The notes beneath the pieces are model-generated. The model had not been told where the DNA came from. It saw only the letters and a list, made by a program, of their open reading frames with translations, and ran no database searches. Position numbers and translations under genes: made by a program. Shown one piece after another: positions 15,523 to 24,511 of a stretch of 32,339 nt of DNA; positions within the stretch are counted from its first letter, which is position 1, and each line of letters begins with the position of its first letter. Source of the stretch: Gammaproteobacteria bacterium (GTDB taxonomy: Bacteria; Pseudomonadota; Gammaproteobacteria; UWMA-0217); assembly GCA_027031685.1 (NCBI GenBank), contig JALVPS010000332.1, positions 1 through 32,339 on the forward strand. Reading direction: 5' to 3'.

Positions 15523-16355
15523 GCGGCCAGTCCCGTCGTGTCGGCCGGCGGTGCGTCCTTGCCCAGGAAGATGTCCTTGTAGGACACATATACCGAGGCG
15601 ATGAGGGCCGGCATGACCACCAGCAGGCCCAGCCCCAGGGGGATGAGGCCCACCACGATCAGCACCAGCCCCACCAGACCGTACAGCAGGAAGGGCAGCA
15701 CATTGCGCCAGCAACCGGTCAGACTGGCCTTCATGGCCGCCACCGCGCCCAGATCGTGGAACACCACCAAGGCGGGCGCGAACCACAGGGCCATCATGAG
15801 TGGCACGTACAGGGCCAGTACCACCAGCGCCGCCAGCAGTACGCCCGTCGCCATCATGCTGGCCGTGGCCTCGTCCGGGATGGCCCCTTGCTGGCCCGCC
15901 TGCATGAACGCGAACATGTCACCACCGCCGGTAAGCATGGCGATGAGGCCGCCCACGGCCAGGATGAGGAGGGAACCCAGCAGGTACAGCCCGCCCACGG
16001 CGGCCAGGCTGCCCGTATTGCGCTGAAACCCCTCGAACAAGTGGCCCACCTTCAGTGGCTGGCCGTTGTCCAGGGCGCGGCAGCCCAGCATGAGGCCGCC
16101 CATGAAGATGGGTGAGAGGAGATTCGCCACCAGCGAGACGAGGGGGATCATGCTCAGGATGAGCATGATGGCGAAGAAGATCACCGTGATAATGATCCAG
16201 ATGAGGGGCGCGCGGCCGAAGTAGCGGAAGCCCTCAACGATCCAGCGCCAACCGGCGCCAATGCCGTTGCGGCGCGGCGGATCGAGCAGGGCGCTGTCAC
16301 CACCCCCCTGGGGCGTAACGTCGGAGGCGGGCGGACGGTAGGGGTTGTCGGTCAT
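15519..16355 (-). CDS. Polytopic membrane protein, BPSS1780-like family
   Basis: The N-terminus is MTDNPYRPPASDV. It is followed by GAGWRWIVEGFRYFGRAPLIW, several hydrophobic helices and the block LLSPIFMGGLMLGCRALD.G. Confidence 0.65.
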   Translation of the reverse strand: MTDNPYRPPASDVTPQGGGDSALLDPPRRNGIGAGWRWIVEGFRYFGRAPLIWIIITVIFFAIMLILSMIPLVSLVANLLSPIFMGGLMLGCRALDNGQPLKVGHLFEGFQRNTGSLAAVGGLYLLGSLLILAVGGLIAMLTGGGDMFAFMQAGQQGAIPDEATASMMATGVLLAALVVLALYVPLMMALWFAPALVVFHDLGAVAAMKASLTGCWRNVLPFLLYGLVGLVLIVVGLIPLGLGLLVVMPALIASVYVSYKDIFLGKDAPPADTTGLAA

Positions 16356-16429
16356 GGTGGCGGGCTCCTTTGCTCGGTTGTTTATGGGGATGGCATCGGG
16401 GAGTGTAGCAGCCGCTGGCCTGGCGCGGC

Positions 16430-17020
16430 TCAGAAGCTGTAGCTCAGCCCGATGGACATGATAGGGGTGAGACCTAGCAGGTCGAGGCTGGGCGGCGTGC
16501 GTTTCGCGTTGTCGCGTGCGTCGAGTCTGGCTTCCCCCGAACCGGTGCTGCGGCGGATGCCCAGATCCAGGTTGAGGTCCAGCCGGTGCCGCGCATCTGG
16601 TACCCAGTGCAGGCCGAGGTAGGGGGTCAGGCCGGGATTGCTGAGATCACTCAGCAGATCGGCGTCCGGCGCGAGCGACAGGTGGTAGTGATCGCTGTAG
16701 GTGCCTTTGGCGGCCGGGGGCTGCCAGGCCAGGCCAGCATTGAAGCGCAGCGCCCCGTCGTGTGGTTGCCAGCCCCGTTCCAGACGCAGGGTGTAGCGGG
16801 TGCGCGGTGTATTGCTGGTGTACAGGTCGTCCTGCCAGCGGTGATTGAAGGGAAGGGCGCTGAAAGAGAATCGCTGGTAAAAGCGGCTGGCGGCCTCGAA
16901 GCCGCCCAGCAGACGGGCCGGATCGAAGTCAATAATGCCCTGGGCGAACGCGCCGGTGCCGGTGAGCAGTGTCGTCGCGCACAGCAGCAGGGTGTGGTGG
17001 AAATGTTGCAGTCTGCCCAT
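16430..17020 (-). CDS. Outer-membrane beta-barrel protein (small OMP)
   Basis: There is a signal peptide ...TGTGAFAQ. The body has an alternating amphipathic pattern, and the C-terminus ...GLSYSF has an aromatic last residue. Confidence 0.6.
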   Translation of the reverse strand: MGRLQHFHHTLLLCATTLLTGTGAFAQGIIDFDPARLLGGFEAASRFYQRFSFSALPFNHRWQDDLYTSNTPRTRYTLRLERGWQPHDGALRFNAGLAWQPPAAKGTYSDHYHLSLAPDADLLSDLSNPGLTPYLGLHWVPDARHRLDLNLDLGIRRSTGSGEARLDARDNAKRTPPSLDLLGLTPIMSIGLSYSF

Positions 17021-17182
17021 GACCTCGTCGCATAAAAGACGTCCTCGGTGACGTTTTTTTACATTGATCTTGGGCGGCAGGACTGTCTATTGGTTCCCAA
17101 TGTTTGCATTTTGCCACAATGGGCCGACGAACGGATGGAGTCGTGGGCCGACCGGCGCCCGCGGGCGGGTGGGGCAGGCAGC

Positions 17183-17545
17183 TCATTCGTCTGCGGCGGG
17201 GGTGTCGTGCAGGCCCTTCTGGCTGCTGAACCAGGCGGCCAGATCCTTCAGGTCCTGCTCGCTCAGGTTGGCCACCATGCCGTTCATGATGGGATTCTTG
17301 CGCGCGTTGGATTTGTACTGGCGCAGGGCGTGCAGCAGATAGCTCTCGTATTGCCCGGCCAGGCGTGGGAACTGCGGGTTGGTGGCATTGCCGTCCGCCC
17401 CGTGGCAGGAGGCGCAGGCCTGGGCCTTGGTGCGGCCGGCGTCCGGGTCGCCACCGGCCAAGGCCATGGCGGGCAGCAGCAGGGCCAGGGCGACCAGGCA
17501 GGCTGTCAGGCGGGGGCGGCGCGAGGGGTGCCGTGCGTGCATCAT
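17183..17545 (-). CDS. Monoheme class I c-type cytochrome (resembles a cytochrome c4 half)
   Basis: There is a signal peptide, a heme motif CASCH, PRLAGQ, and a distal Met region NPIMNGM. The ATGA overlaps the upstream cytochrome gene. Confidence 0.85.
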   Translation of the reverse strand: MMHARHPSRRPRLTACLVALALLLPAMALAGGDPDAGRTKAQACASCHGADGNATNPQFPRLAGQYESYLLHALRQYKSNARKNPIMNGMVANLSEQDLKDLAAWFSSQKGLHDTPAADE

Positions 17546-17871
17546 TTGGTCATCTCCTTGAAGTGAGAGAAGAAGGCGGCCAGATCGGCCATGTCCTGGT
17601 CGGACAGGGTGGCGGCTTGGGCGCGCATGGTGGGGTGGGGCCGGTCGCCTCGTTTGTAGGCCTTGAGGGCAGCGATAATGTACTCGGGGTGCTGGCCGCC
17701 CAGGCGCGGCACGCGGTAGGTGGGATAGACGCTGGTATAGCTGGGGATGCCGTGGCAGCCAAGGCAGTTACCCGCCTTGTCGCGGCCTTTGGCGGGATCG
17801 CCGGCCGCTTGCGCGACGCCCAGCGCGGCGCTCAGCACGATGGCGCCCAACCAGGGCAGGGATGCATGCAT
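17542..17871 (-). CDS. Monoheme class I c-type cytochrome
   Basis: I start at the internal ATG 17871 of track ORF 17542..18489, with an RBS AAGGAG upstream. There is a signal peptide, a heme motif CLGCH, PRLGGQ, and HPTMRAQA. Confidence 0.85.
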   Translation of the reverse strand: MHASLPWLGAIVLSAALGVAQAAGDPAKGRDKAGNCLGCHGIPSYTSVYPTYRVPRLGGQHPEYIIAALKAYKRGDRPHPTMRAQAATLSDQDMADLAAFFSHFKEMTK

Positions 17872-18005
17872 GAATTGTGGTCTCCTTTGGTGGTATATCG
17901 GATGGAAATTGACGAATTTCTGGCGGGTTGGGCGACTCATGCCGCTCTTCTGCGCCATGCTTCCAAGTATACACCGGGCTCGCAGCCCGGGGGAGAGGCC
18001 TGATC

Positions 18006-18518
18006 GTGGAAAACCGCATATTGACTTTGGCCGATGTGGGCGAGGCGGTGGTGCGCCGCCTGTTGGCGGCGCTGGGCATGACCCTGGTGGTGGAGCCGGC
18101 CGGCACGGCCATTCCCGGCAGCTACTGGGGCGGGGCGGAGGCCGGCCTGATTCGCGACCGGCTGCATGCCAGGCCCGACACGCCCCTCCATTCCATCCTG
18201 CACGAGGCCTGCCACTGGGTGTGCATGTCGCCGCAGCGACGCGCCACCCTGCACACCGATGCCGGCGGCGACGTGCACGAGGAGAACGCCGTGTGCTACC
18301 TCCAGATCCTGCTGGCGGACCGGCTGGCAGGGTATGGCAGCGCACGTTGCCTGCGCGACATGGATGCTTGGGGCTACAGCTTCCGCCTCGGCTCGGCGCG
18401 TGCCTGGTTCGAACGCGACGCGGCCGACGCACGCCAGTGGCTGGTGGAGCGGGGGCTGCTGGCGCTGGCGGACATGCGTCACGAAACACGCGCCGGAGCG
18501 ACCGACGATGGTTGGTAA
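18006..18518 (+). CDS. Hypothetical protein with an HExxH motif (HEACH)
   Basis: I start at GTG 18006 within track ORF 17928..18518, with GGAGAGG upstream. The motif SILHEACHWVCM is present. I do not recognise the family. Confidence 0.45.
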   Translation: MENRILTLADVGEAVVRRLLAALGMTLVVEPAGTAIPGSYWGGAEAGLIRDRLHARPDTPLHSILHEACHWVCMSPQRRATLHTDAGGDVHEENAVCYLQILLADRLAGYGSARCLRDMDAWGYSFRLGSARAWFERDAADARQWLVERGLLALADMRHETRAGATDDGW

Positions 18519-18595
18519 CTTGAGGTGGTTCAAGTCGCGACGCCGGCCGGATTGGCTAGGGTAGGCCGGTCACCGGCGCCCCGACGGGAGCGTTG

Positions 18596-18601
18596 TATAA
18601 T
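18596..18601 (+). promoter_or_regulatory. Consensus -10 hexamer TATAAT upstream of the FKBP gene
   Basis: A perfect TATAAT lies 33 nt upstream of ATG 18634. I see no convincing -35 element. Confidence 0.3.
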
Positions 18602-18633
18602 GTACGAGCCATCACTGATCTCCAGGTAAGGCC

Positions 18634-19272
18634 ATGTTCGGTTCCCGCAAACGAGCCAAGAAAAGGAAAAGCATCTCTCCATCGTTCCGCGCCGAGCGCG
18701 ATCCGTTCGGTGGCGAGGAGAGTGCCGCGCCACGCGCCTTGCGCCATCCGGTCGAGCGGGGCACAGTGGTCACCCTCGACTACACCATCACCGACGACGA
18801 GGATCAGGTGCTGGATTCCACCGAGGGACGCGGCCTGTTCTCCTATCTGCACGGCGCCGGCAAGCTGCTGCCGGCGCTGGAAGAGGCGCTCGCCGGTCAC
18901 ACGGCGGGTGACAAGGTGATGGTGCGCCTCACCCCCAAGCAGGCCTACGGCGTTCACGACCCGGATGCGGTGCAGGTGGTGGAGAAGCCCCTGTTCCTGG
19001 GAGTGGACGAGCTGCAGGAGGGTATGCTGTTCGAGATGGAGACGCCGCAAGGACTGCGCCCGGCGCGCATCATCGACGTAGACGAGAACACGGTCACCAT
19101 CGACCTCAATCACCCGCTGGCCGGCAAGGCCCTGAACTTCACCGCCACCATCGTCAGCGTGCGCCCGGCCCTGCCGGAGGAGATGGCGCAGCTGGAGGAT
19201 GAAGCTCCGGCCACTTCCACCGCCGCCGCCGACGAGCCGCCCGCCGATGCCGTGGGCAGTGACGCCGCCTGA
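18634..19272 (+). CDS. FKBP-type peptidyl-prolyl cis-trans isomerase (SlyD/FkpB-like) with a basic N-terminal extension
   Basis: The FKBP core (VTLDYTITDDEDQVLDST......HGAG.LLPALEEAL.GH.AGD) contains an inserted flap (...FEMETPQG...ARIIDVDENTVTIDLNHPLAGKALNF.ATIV). It lacks the His/Cys-rich tail of E. coli SlyD. Confidence 0.78.
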   Translation: MFGSRKRAKKRKSISPSFRAERDPFGGEESAAPRALRHPVERGTVVTLDYTITDDEDQVLDSTEGRGLFSYLHGAGKLLPALEEALAGHTAGDKVMVRLTPKQAYGVHDPDAVQVVEKPLFLGVDELQEGMLFEMETPQGLRPARIIDVDENTVTIDLNHPLAGKALNFTATIVSVRPALPEEMAQLEDEAPATSTAAADEPPADAVGSDAA

Positions 19273-19411
19273 GGCTCGTGCCGCGCCCGCTGCGAAGGCC
19301 GCATCGCGCGCCGTCCCGGTGATCCGGTAACTTCTGCCTGTTGCGCAACCATTGCCCGTCGTGGTGCCGGGGCGCCGCTCAGTCCCCTGCGGCGCATGGC
19401 GGAGGGCGCGC

Positions 19412-19855
19412 TCAGCGGTAACGGTGCCCGTCTGCCTCGATCCAGCCTCCGGCCTGGCGGCCGCGCGGATCGCGGTGCGTCCAGTGCAACACCCCGCCAC
19501 GCTCGTTCCACTCGTAGCGTCCGCGCACGGTGACCCGGCTGCCCGGTTGCAGCGGCACATGCGGTGCCAGGTCGATGTTGTGCGCCACCAGCACGGTCTG
19601 GCCATCCGCCAGGCGCAGCAGAAAGCGCTGGTGGCGGTCGCCGCGCCGGTCGTCGGGCAGCACGCGCGCCACCCGGCCGCTGGCCGTGACCCACACGCCG
19701 GAGCGATGGCCGGCGTACAGGGCCGCCAGGCCGTGGCCAGCCGGCGCGGGGGAATGCGCCGCAGGCCGGCGCCAGTCGAGTTGCAGGCCGACCACCCCCA
19801 GCAACAGGGCCAGCAGGGTGAGCAGCAGGGCGCGCTGGCGGGGTGGGTATGGCAT
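19412..19855 (-). CDS. DUF3465-like membrane-anchored protein
   Basis: There is an N-terminal transmembrane segment. The block HQRFLLRLADGQTVLVAHNIDLAP.VP...G..V.V.G.YEWNERGGVLHWTHRDP is as I remember it for DUF3465. Confidence 0.65.
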   Translation of the reverse strand: MPYPPRQRALLLTLLALLLGVVGLQLDWRRPAAHSPAPAGHGLAALYAGHRSGVWVTASGRVARVLPDDRRGDRHQRFLLRLADGQTVLVAHNIDLAPHVPLQPGSRVTVRGRYEWNERGGVLHWTHRDPRGRQAGGWIEADGHRYR

Positions 19856-19944
19856 GGCATCTCCGGGGGTGGCCTTGGACGGGGCGGATTCTGCGGTAAG
19901 ATCGCGGCCGGGACAAACGCCACCCTGCTGGCCCTGCCGATGCC

Positions 19945-20673
19945 ATGAGCCGTCGCGCCGACACCCTGTATGCCGAACCGCGGGATGAGGTGACCCCCTT
20001 CGCCTTCGATGCGGCGGTGGCCGCCGTGTTCGAGGACATGATCAACCGCAGTGTGCCCGGTTACCAGACTGCGCTGGGCATGCTGGGGGTGTTCGCGCGG
20101 CGCCATGTGCAACCCGGCTCGCGCGTGTATGACCTGGGCTGCTCGCTGGGGGCGGCCACGCTGGTCATGCAGCGTGCCTTGGTGGGTATGGACTGTCGTC
20201 TGGTGGCAGTGGACAACGCCCCTGCCATGGTGGCCGCCTGCCGCAACCACTGCGCCGGGCGTGCCCGTCCGCCGGTGGAGGTGCTGTGCGCCGACATCCG
20301 CGAGGTGGCCGTGGAGGATGCTTCCCTGGTGGTGCTCAACCTCACCTTGCAGTTCGTGCCGCCCGCCGAGCGCCCCCCGCTGTTGCGCCGCCTTTACGCC
20401 GGGCTGCGGCCGGGTGGGGCGCTGGTGCTGGTGGAGAAAGTCGTCCACGACGATCCGGCCGAGCAAGCCTTCCGCACCGAGTTGCATCATCGCTTCAAGA
20501 AGGCCAACGGCTACAGCGACCTGGAGATCAGCCAGAAGCGTGCCGCCCTGGAAGAGGTGCTGGTGCCGGAAACGGTGGCGGCGCACGAGCGGCGCCTGCG
20601 CGCCTGCGGATTCGGCACGGTGCACCAGTGGTTCTCCTGCCTCAACTTCGCCGGCCTGCTGGCGGTCAAGTGA
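19945..20673 (+). CDS. cmoA: Carboxy-S-adenosyl-L-methionine synthase CmoA
   Basis: The motifs F.FD..VA.VFEDMI.RSVPGY, the SAM motif YDLGCSLG, and HRFK.ANGYS.LEISQKR.ALE.VL are present. Confidence 0.9.
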   Translation: MSRRADTLYAEPRDEVTPFAFDAAVAAVFEDMINRSVPGYQTALGMLGVFARRHVQPGSRVYDLGCSLGAATLVMQRALVGMDCRLVAVDNAPAMVAACRNHCAGRARPPVEVLCADIREVAVEDASLVVLNLTLQFVPPAERPPLLRRLYAGLRPGGALVLVEKVVHDDPAEQAFRTELHHRFKKANGYSDLEISQKRAALEEVLVPETVAAHERRLRACGFGTVHQWFSCLNFAGLLAVK

Positions 20674-21644
20674 TCGATTTCACCCCCTTCTGGGCGCGAC
20701 TGGAGGGCACGCCCCTGGCGGCCTGGCGTCCCGCGCTGGAGGCGTGCGTGGGCCGGGCCGTGGCCCCCGGTCGGCACGGTCATCTGCCGGCATGGCGCGC
20801 CGTGCTGGACGCCCTGCCGTCCGTCATTGCCCGGCACGTGGACCTTGATCGCGACTGCCTGCTGATCGGTGGCGCCGACGAGCTGGACGAGGGCGAGCGG
20901 GCGCGGCTGCGCGCCCTGCTGCGGCAGCTCATCCCGTGGCGCAAGGGCCCGTTCGAGGTGTTCGGCATCCACATCGATACCGAATGGCGCTCCGACTGGA
21001 AGTGGCGGCGCGTTTCTCCGCACATTGCGCCGCTGGCCGGCCGGCGCGTGCTGGACGTGGGCTGTGGCAGCGGCTACCACTGCTGGCGGGCTGCCGGTGC
21101 CGGCGCGGAGCTGGTGGTGGGCGTTGACCCCTCCCTGCTGTACGTCATACAATTTTTGGCAATCCATCGGCTGCACCCGCTACCGTCCATCATGGTGCTC
21201 CCGGTGGCGCTGGAAGACCTTCCGCAGGGTGGCGGGGCCTTTGATACGGTCTTCTCCATGGGGGTGATCTACCACCGCCGCTCCCCCATCGACCACCTCT
21301 TCCGGCTCCGCGACTGTCTCCGCCCCGGCGGGCAACTCGTGCTCGAGACGCTCGTCGTGGACGGCCCGCAGGGATACGCGCTGACCCCTGCGGGTCGTTA
21401 CGCCAAGATGCGCAACGTCTGGTTCATTCCGTCCCTGCCGACACTGGAGCGTTGGCTCTCGCGCGCCGGATTCGCGCAGGTGCGTTGCGTGGATGTGACG
21501 CAAACGACCGTGGCGGAACAGCGGTCTACCGAATGGATGCCGGGTGAGTCGCTGTGCGACTTCCTCGATCCGCAGGATGCCTGCAGGACCGTGGAGGGAT
21601 ACCCGGCGCCGCAGCGTGCCATCGTGCTTGCCGAGCGGCGCTGA
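20670..21644 (+). CDS. cmoB: tRNA U34 carboxymethyltransferase CmoB
   Basis: GTG 20670 overlaps the cmoA stop. The motifs PWRKGPF..FGI.IDTEWRSDWKW.R, VLDVGCGSGYH and VFSMGVIYHRRSP are present. Confidence 0.9.
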   Translation: MIDFTPFWARLEGTPLAAWRPALEACVGRAVAPGRHGHLPAWRAVLDALPSVIARHVDLDRDCLLIGGADELDEGERARLRALLRQLIPWRKGPFEVFGIHIDTEWRSDWKWRRVSPHIAPLAGRRVLDVGCGSGYHCWRAAGAGAELVVGVDPSLLYVIQFLAIHRLHPLPSIMVLPVALEDLPQGGGAFDTVFSMGVIYHRRSPIDHLFRLRDCLRPGGQLVLETLVVDGPQGYALTPAGRYAKMRNVWFIPSLPTLERWLSRAGFAQVRCVDVTQTTVAEQRSTEWMPGESLCDFLDPQDACRTVEGYPAPQRAIVLAERR

Positions 21645-21766
21645 AGGGCGTAAGAAATGCATGTCACGGAACAGTCGAGGCACGCTGGCCGCCGCCCCGG
21701 CCCTGCGCCGATAATGAAAAAACACCCCCACGGTGCCACCATCAACCCTCAGGCCCGAGAACAAGA

Positions 21767-22108
21767 ATGCGCCTACGCCACCTGCCCCCCTTGCTCCTGC
21801 TGCTCTCCCTGCTGATATATCTGCCGGCTTGCAAGCCGCTCTCTCCCGACCGCTCGGCCGCCGGGCTGCCGCAGTCGCTGACCGTGGTGGATGCCGCCCC
21901 GCAGGCGGCCGCCCGCTGCGGCGGCAGTGCCCTGCGCGTGGTGCATGGACTGGACTACGATCACGACGGCCGCCTGGGTCCCTTCGAGCGGCTGGGGGTG
22001 GAGGTGCTGTGCGTGCCGCCGGGCGGGACGCCCGATCTGGCCGGCGCGCCGGTCGTGACTCGCGCCGATCCGGCACGCCATGCATTGCCTTCCCCGGGGG
22101 GCGGCTGA
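21767..22108 (+). CDS. Hypothetical lipoprotein, 113 aa
   Basis: I start at the internal ATG 21767 of track ORF 21554..22108. There is a signal peptide with a lipobox (LLIYLPAC). Confidence 0.45.
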   Translation: MRLRHLPPLLLLLSLLIYLPACKPLSPDRSAAGLPQSLTVVDAAPQAAARCGGSALRVVHGLDYDHDGRLGPFERLGVEVLCVPPGGTPDLAGAPVVTRADPARHALPSPGGG

Positions 22109-22675
22109 TCAGCGCGGGCCGTCCTCGCTGGCCAGGATGCGTTCCAGCAGGCCGCGGAACTGGTTGTCCAGCCGCTCGCTGAAGAGGGGGTCCGCTCCCG
22201 CTGGATGGCGCGCCGCCACGGCTTGCCAGTCCGCCTCGCCGAAGGCGGTGCGCAGGCGCGGAAACAGCTCCCGCTCCTCGCGTTGTAGGTGGCGGCGCTG
22301 CAGGGCAATGTAGTCGTTCAACTGCCGCAGCAGGGCATCGCGCGGCATCAGCACATCGTTCAGCAACGACTCGATCGACTCGCGCAGCGCATGTGTGGCG
22401 GTGCGCAGGGCAGTGTGTTCGGCCATGGTGTTGCGGAAGCGGGCGGCCACTTCGGCATCCGGGGCATGGTGGGTCAGATAGTGCTCGATGAGGGCGTCCT
22501 CCAGCGGGTGGTGGGACACGTCGGGGTAGCTCTCCATGTACTCGATGATGTCCGCCATGAGCGCCAGATCCTCGTTGCCTCCGGCGTGTATCCGCTCGCC
22601 CTCGGCCTCCAGCAGCCGCAGCAGGCGGTTCAGGTTGGCGTGGTCCCGGTGCAGTCGATCGAGCAAGTTCTCCAT
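22109..22675 (-). CDS. Hemerythrin-like domain protein
   Basis: The product begins MENLLDRLHRDHANLNRLL. His/Glu/Asp ligand-type spacing is present (HHPLED..., H..E...LFP). Confidence 0.75.
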   Translation of the reverse strand: MENLLDRLHRDHANLNRLLRLLEAEGERIHAGGNEDLALMADIIEYMESYPDVSHHPLEDALIEHYLTHHAPDAEVAARFRNTMAEHTALRTATHALRESIESLLNDVLMPRDALLRQLNDYIALQRRHLQREERELFPRLRTAFGEADWQAVAARHPAGADPLFSERLDNQFRGLLERILASEDGPR

Positions 22676-22841
22676 GGCGGCCGGCCGGGTGGCTCAGCAG
22701 CGTTTTGAAATTCGCTCAGGCGGGTGCAAGGCAAGGCGGGAATGACCGAAAAAGCGCGGTTTGCAAACGGTAACCGAGCATGTTGAGGCCATTTTTGAAG
22801 GCCGTCCCACACCGCATGAGTAGGGTTGCACAGCGCTGCTG

Positions 22842-23072
22842 CTAGCGTTCCACGAAGAATTCGGCGTCTGTCTTCAGATCGCGCGTGAGGGTCTCCAGCC
22901 GTTCGACGATACGCTCCTTGGTCTCGAACACGGCCGCGTCGATGGCCGATTCCACCAGCAGGGCCAGCTCGTCGAGATGTTCGTCATTGAAATGCTCGCG
23001 GCACTCCTCGCCCAGCATCTCCTTGAAGCGCGCCACCACCTTGGCGGCGTGGGCGGTTTCGGGTCGTGTCAT
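22842..23072 (-). CDS. Small acidic hypothetical protein, 76 aa, downstream of ppk2
   Basis: I start at the internal ATG 23072 of track ORF 22842..23642, with an RBS GAGGAGA in the 17-nt gap after the ppk2 stop. The composition is helical and acidic. Confidence 0.5.
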   Translation of the reverse strand: MTRPETAHAAKVVARFKEMLGEECREHFNDEHLDELALLVESAIDAAVFETKERIVERLETLTRDLKTDAEFFVER

Positions 23073-23089
23073 GACGGGGTTCTCCTCGG

Positions 23090-24007
23090 TCACTTGAGGG
23101 AAGGCGGGGTGATGCGCTCGTCTTCTTCGTAGATGACCGAGGCCGGTCCCACGATGAGGTGGTCGGGCGGCACCACCACCTTGGGATCCTTGTTGGGATA
23201 GGGCACGTTGACCAGCACGTGACGCATGGCGTTGAGGCGCGCCCGCTTCTTGTCGTCGGACTTGATCACCGTCCAGGGGGCGTCGGCCGTGTCCGTGTAG
23301 AAGAACATGGCCTCCTTGGCCTCGGTGTACTCGTCCCACTTGTCCAGCGAGGCCATGTCGATGGGGCTCAGCTTCCACTGCTTGAGGGGATCCTTCTTGC
23401 GCTTCTGGAAACGGCGGAACTGTTCCTGGCGGCTCACTGAGAACCACAGCTTGAACAGGCGGATGCCGCTGCGCACCAGCATGCGCTCCAGCTCCGGCGC
23501 CTGGCGCATGAATTCCAGGTACTCGGCCGGGGTGCAAAAGCCCATGACCCGTTCCACCCCGGCGCGGTTGTACCAGGAGCGGTCGAACATGACGATCTCG
23601 CCCGCCGTGGGCAGGTTCTCGATGTAGCGCTGGAAATACCACTGACCGCGCTCGCGCTCGCTGGGCTTCTCCAGGGCCACCACGCGGGCCCCGCGCGGGT
23701 TGAGGTGTTCCATGAATCGTTTGATGGTGCCGCCCTTGCCGGCGGCGTCGCGCCCCTCGAACAGGATGACGATCTTCTCGCCCTTTTCCTTGACCCAGTT
23801 CTGCATCTTGAGCAGTTCGATCTGGAGCTTGGCCTTCTCCTTCTCGTACTCCTTGCGGTCCATCTTCTTGGCATACGGGTAGTTGCCCTCCTTGAAGATG
23901 GCCTTGCGCGACAGGCTGCCGCCCTTGGGGGCCTTGCCCTTTTTGTTCTTGCCGGTATCCGCCTTGGCGGGGCTGGCATCGTTCTTGATTTCGATATTGG
24001 CACTCAT
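23090..24007 (-). CDS. ppk2: Polyphosphate kinase 2 (single-domain PPK2)
   Basis: I start at the internal ATG 24007 of track ORF 23090..24088. The motifs ILFEGRDAAGKGGTIKR, WYFQRY, FDRSWYNRAGVERVMGF and KLSP.D are present. Confidence 0.9.
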   Translation of the reverse strand: MSANIEIKNDASPAKADTGKNKKGKAPKGGSLSRKAIFKEGNYPYAKKMDRKEYEKEKAKLQIELLKMQNWVKEKGEKIVILFEGRDAAGKGGTIKRFMEHLNPRGARVVALEKPSERERGQWYFQRYIENLPTAGEIVMFDRSWYNRAGVERVMGFCTPAEYLEFMRQAPELERMLVRSGIRLFKLWFSVSRQEQFRRFQKRKKDPLKQWKLSPIDMASLDKWDEYTEAKEAMFFYTDTADAPWTVIKSDDKKRARLNAMRHVLVNVPYPNKDPKVVVPPDHLIVGPASVIYEEDERITPPSLK

Positions 24008-24288
24008 GGCTGCTCTTGGAAGGTGCTGATGTGTGACGGGCGAGTGCGATGCAAGCAAAAACCCCGCCCCGCGGAGCGGCTCGCCCAAAAATTATAAGTA
24101 TAGTGCACGGGTGGGCCCGTTGATGCAGGTCAAGAAGGGTCCGCGCCGCCGCGGCGACGGTGTGCCCCGAATCTGTGACGGGCGACCTATTGACCCTCAG
24201 GGGAACCTGCTAGCGTGCCGGTCATCCTAACAAGGGCCGGCCGCGCCTGCGCAGACCGGTCCGCCATGATGGGGGCCCTCACCGACTC

Positions 24289-24504
24289 ATGTACAAGGAC
24301 ACCGACTTCGTTTCCCGCCAGTCCCACGAGCTGAACTACATCCTGCAACGGTACGGGCTGCCGCCCGATGCCGCCCACCGCCGGCGCCTGCTGGCCCTGC
24401 TCGACGACTTCCATGCCGCGGCCGACTACGCGCCGCATCACCGCGCCGACTTCTACCGCTATCTGGAGCAGCACCTGGGGCCGGCGGTGGGCGCCGCCGC
24501 CTAG
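24289..24504 (+). CDS. Hypothetical small protein, 71 aa
   Basis: This is supported only by the ORF and its plausible composition. The RBS is weak, and the ORF is convergent with amrA. Confidence 0.3.
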   Translation: MYKDTDFVSRQSHELNYILQRYGLPPDAAHRRRLLALLDDFHAAADYAPHHRADFYRYLEQHLGPAVGAAA

Positions 24505-24511
24505 CCGGGTC

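Noticed and set aside
17034-17060. The sequence AAAAGACGTC-ctcggt-GACGTTTTTTT is a terminator-like hairpin 14 nt upstream of the OMP start codon, and its T-tract is better on the plus strand. I briefly considered a cis-antisense RNA or a 5'-UTR attenuator.
   Set aside because: The core stem is only 5 bp (three of them GC) plus A-T pairs, which is weak for this genome. No plus-strand transcript source is evident, so it is too speculative to report as a finding.
18527-18536. GGTTCAAGTC resembles a tRNA T-arm and T-loop. GGTTCGAAC also occurs inside the 18006..18518 CDS.
   Set aside because: The flanking bases do not form a T-stem (GGTGG against CGCGA), an acceptor stem or a cloverleaf. I found no tRNA anywhere in the window.
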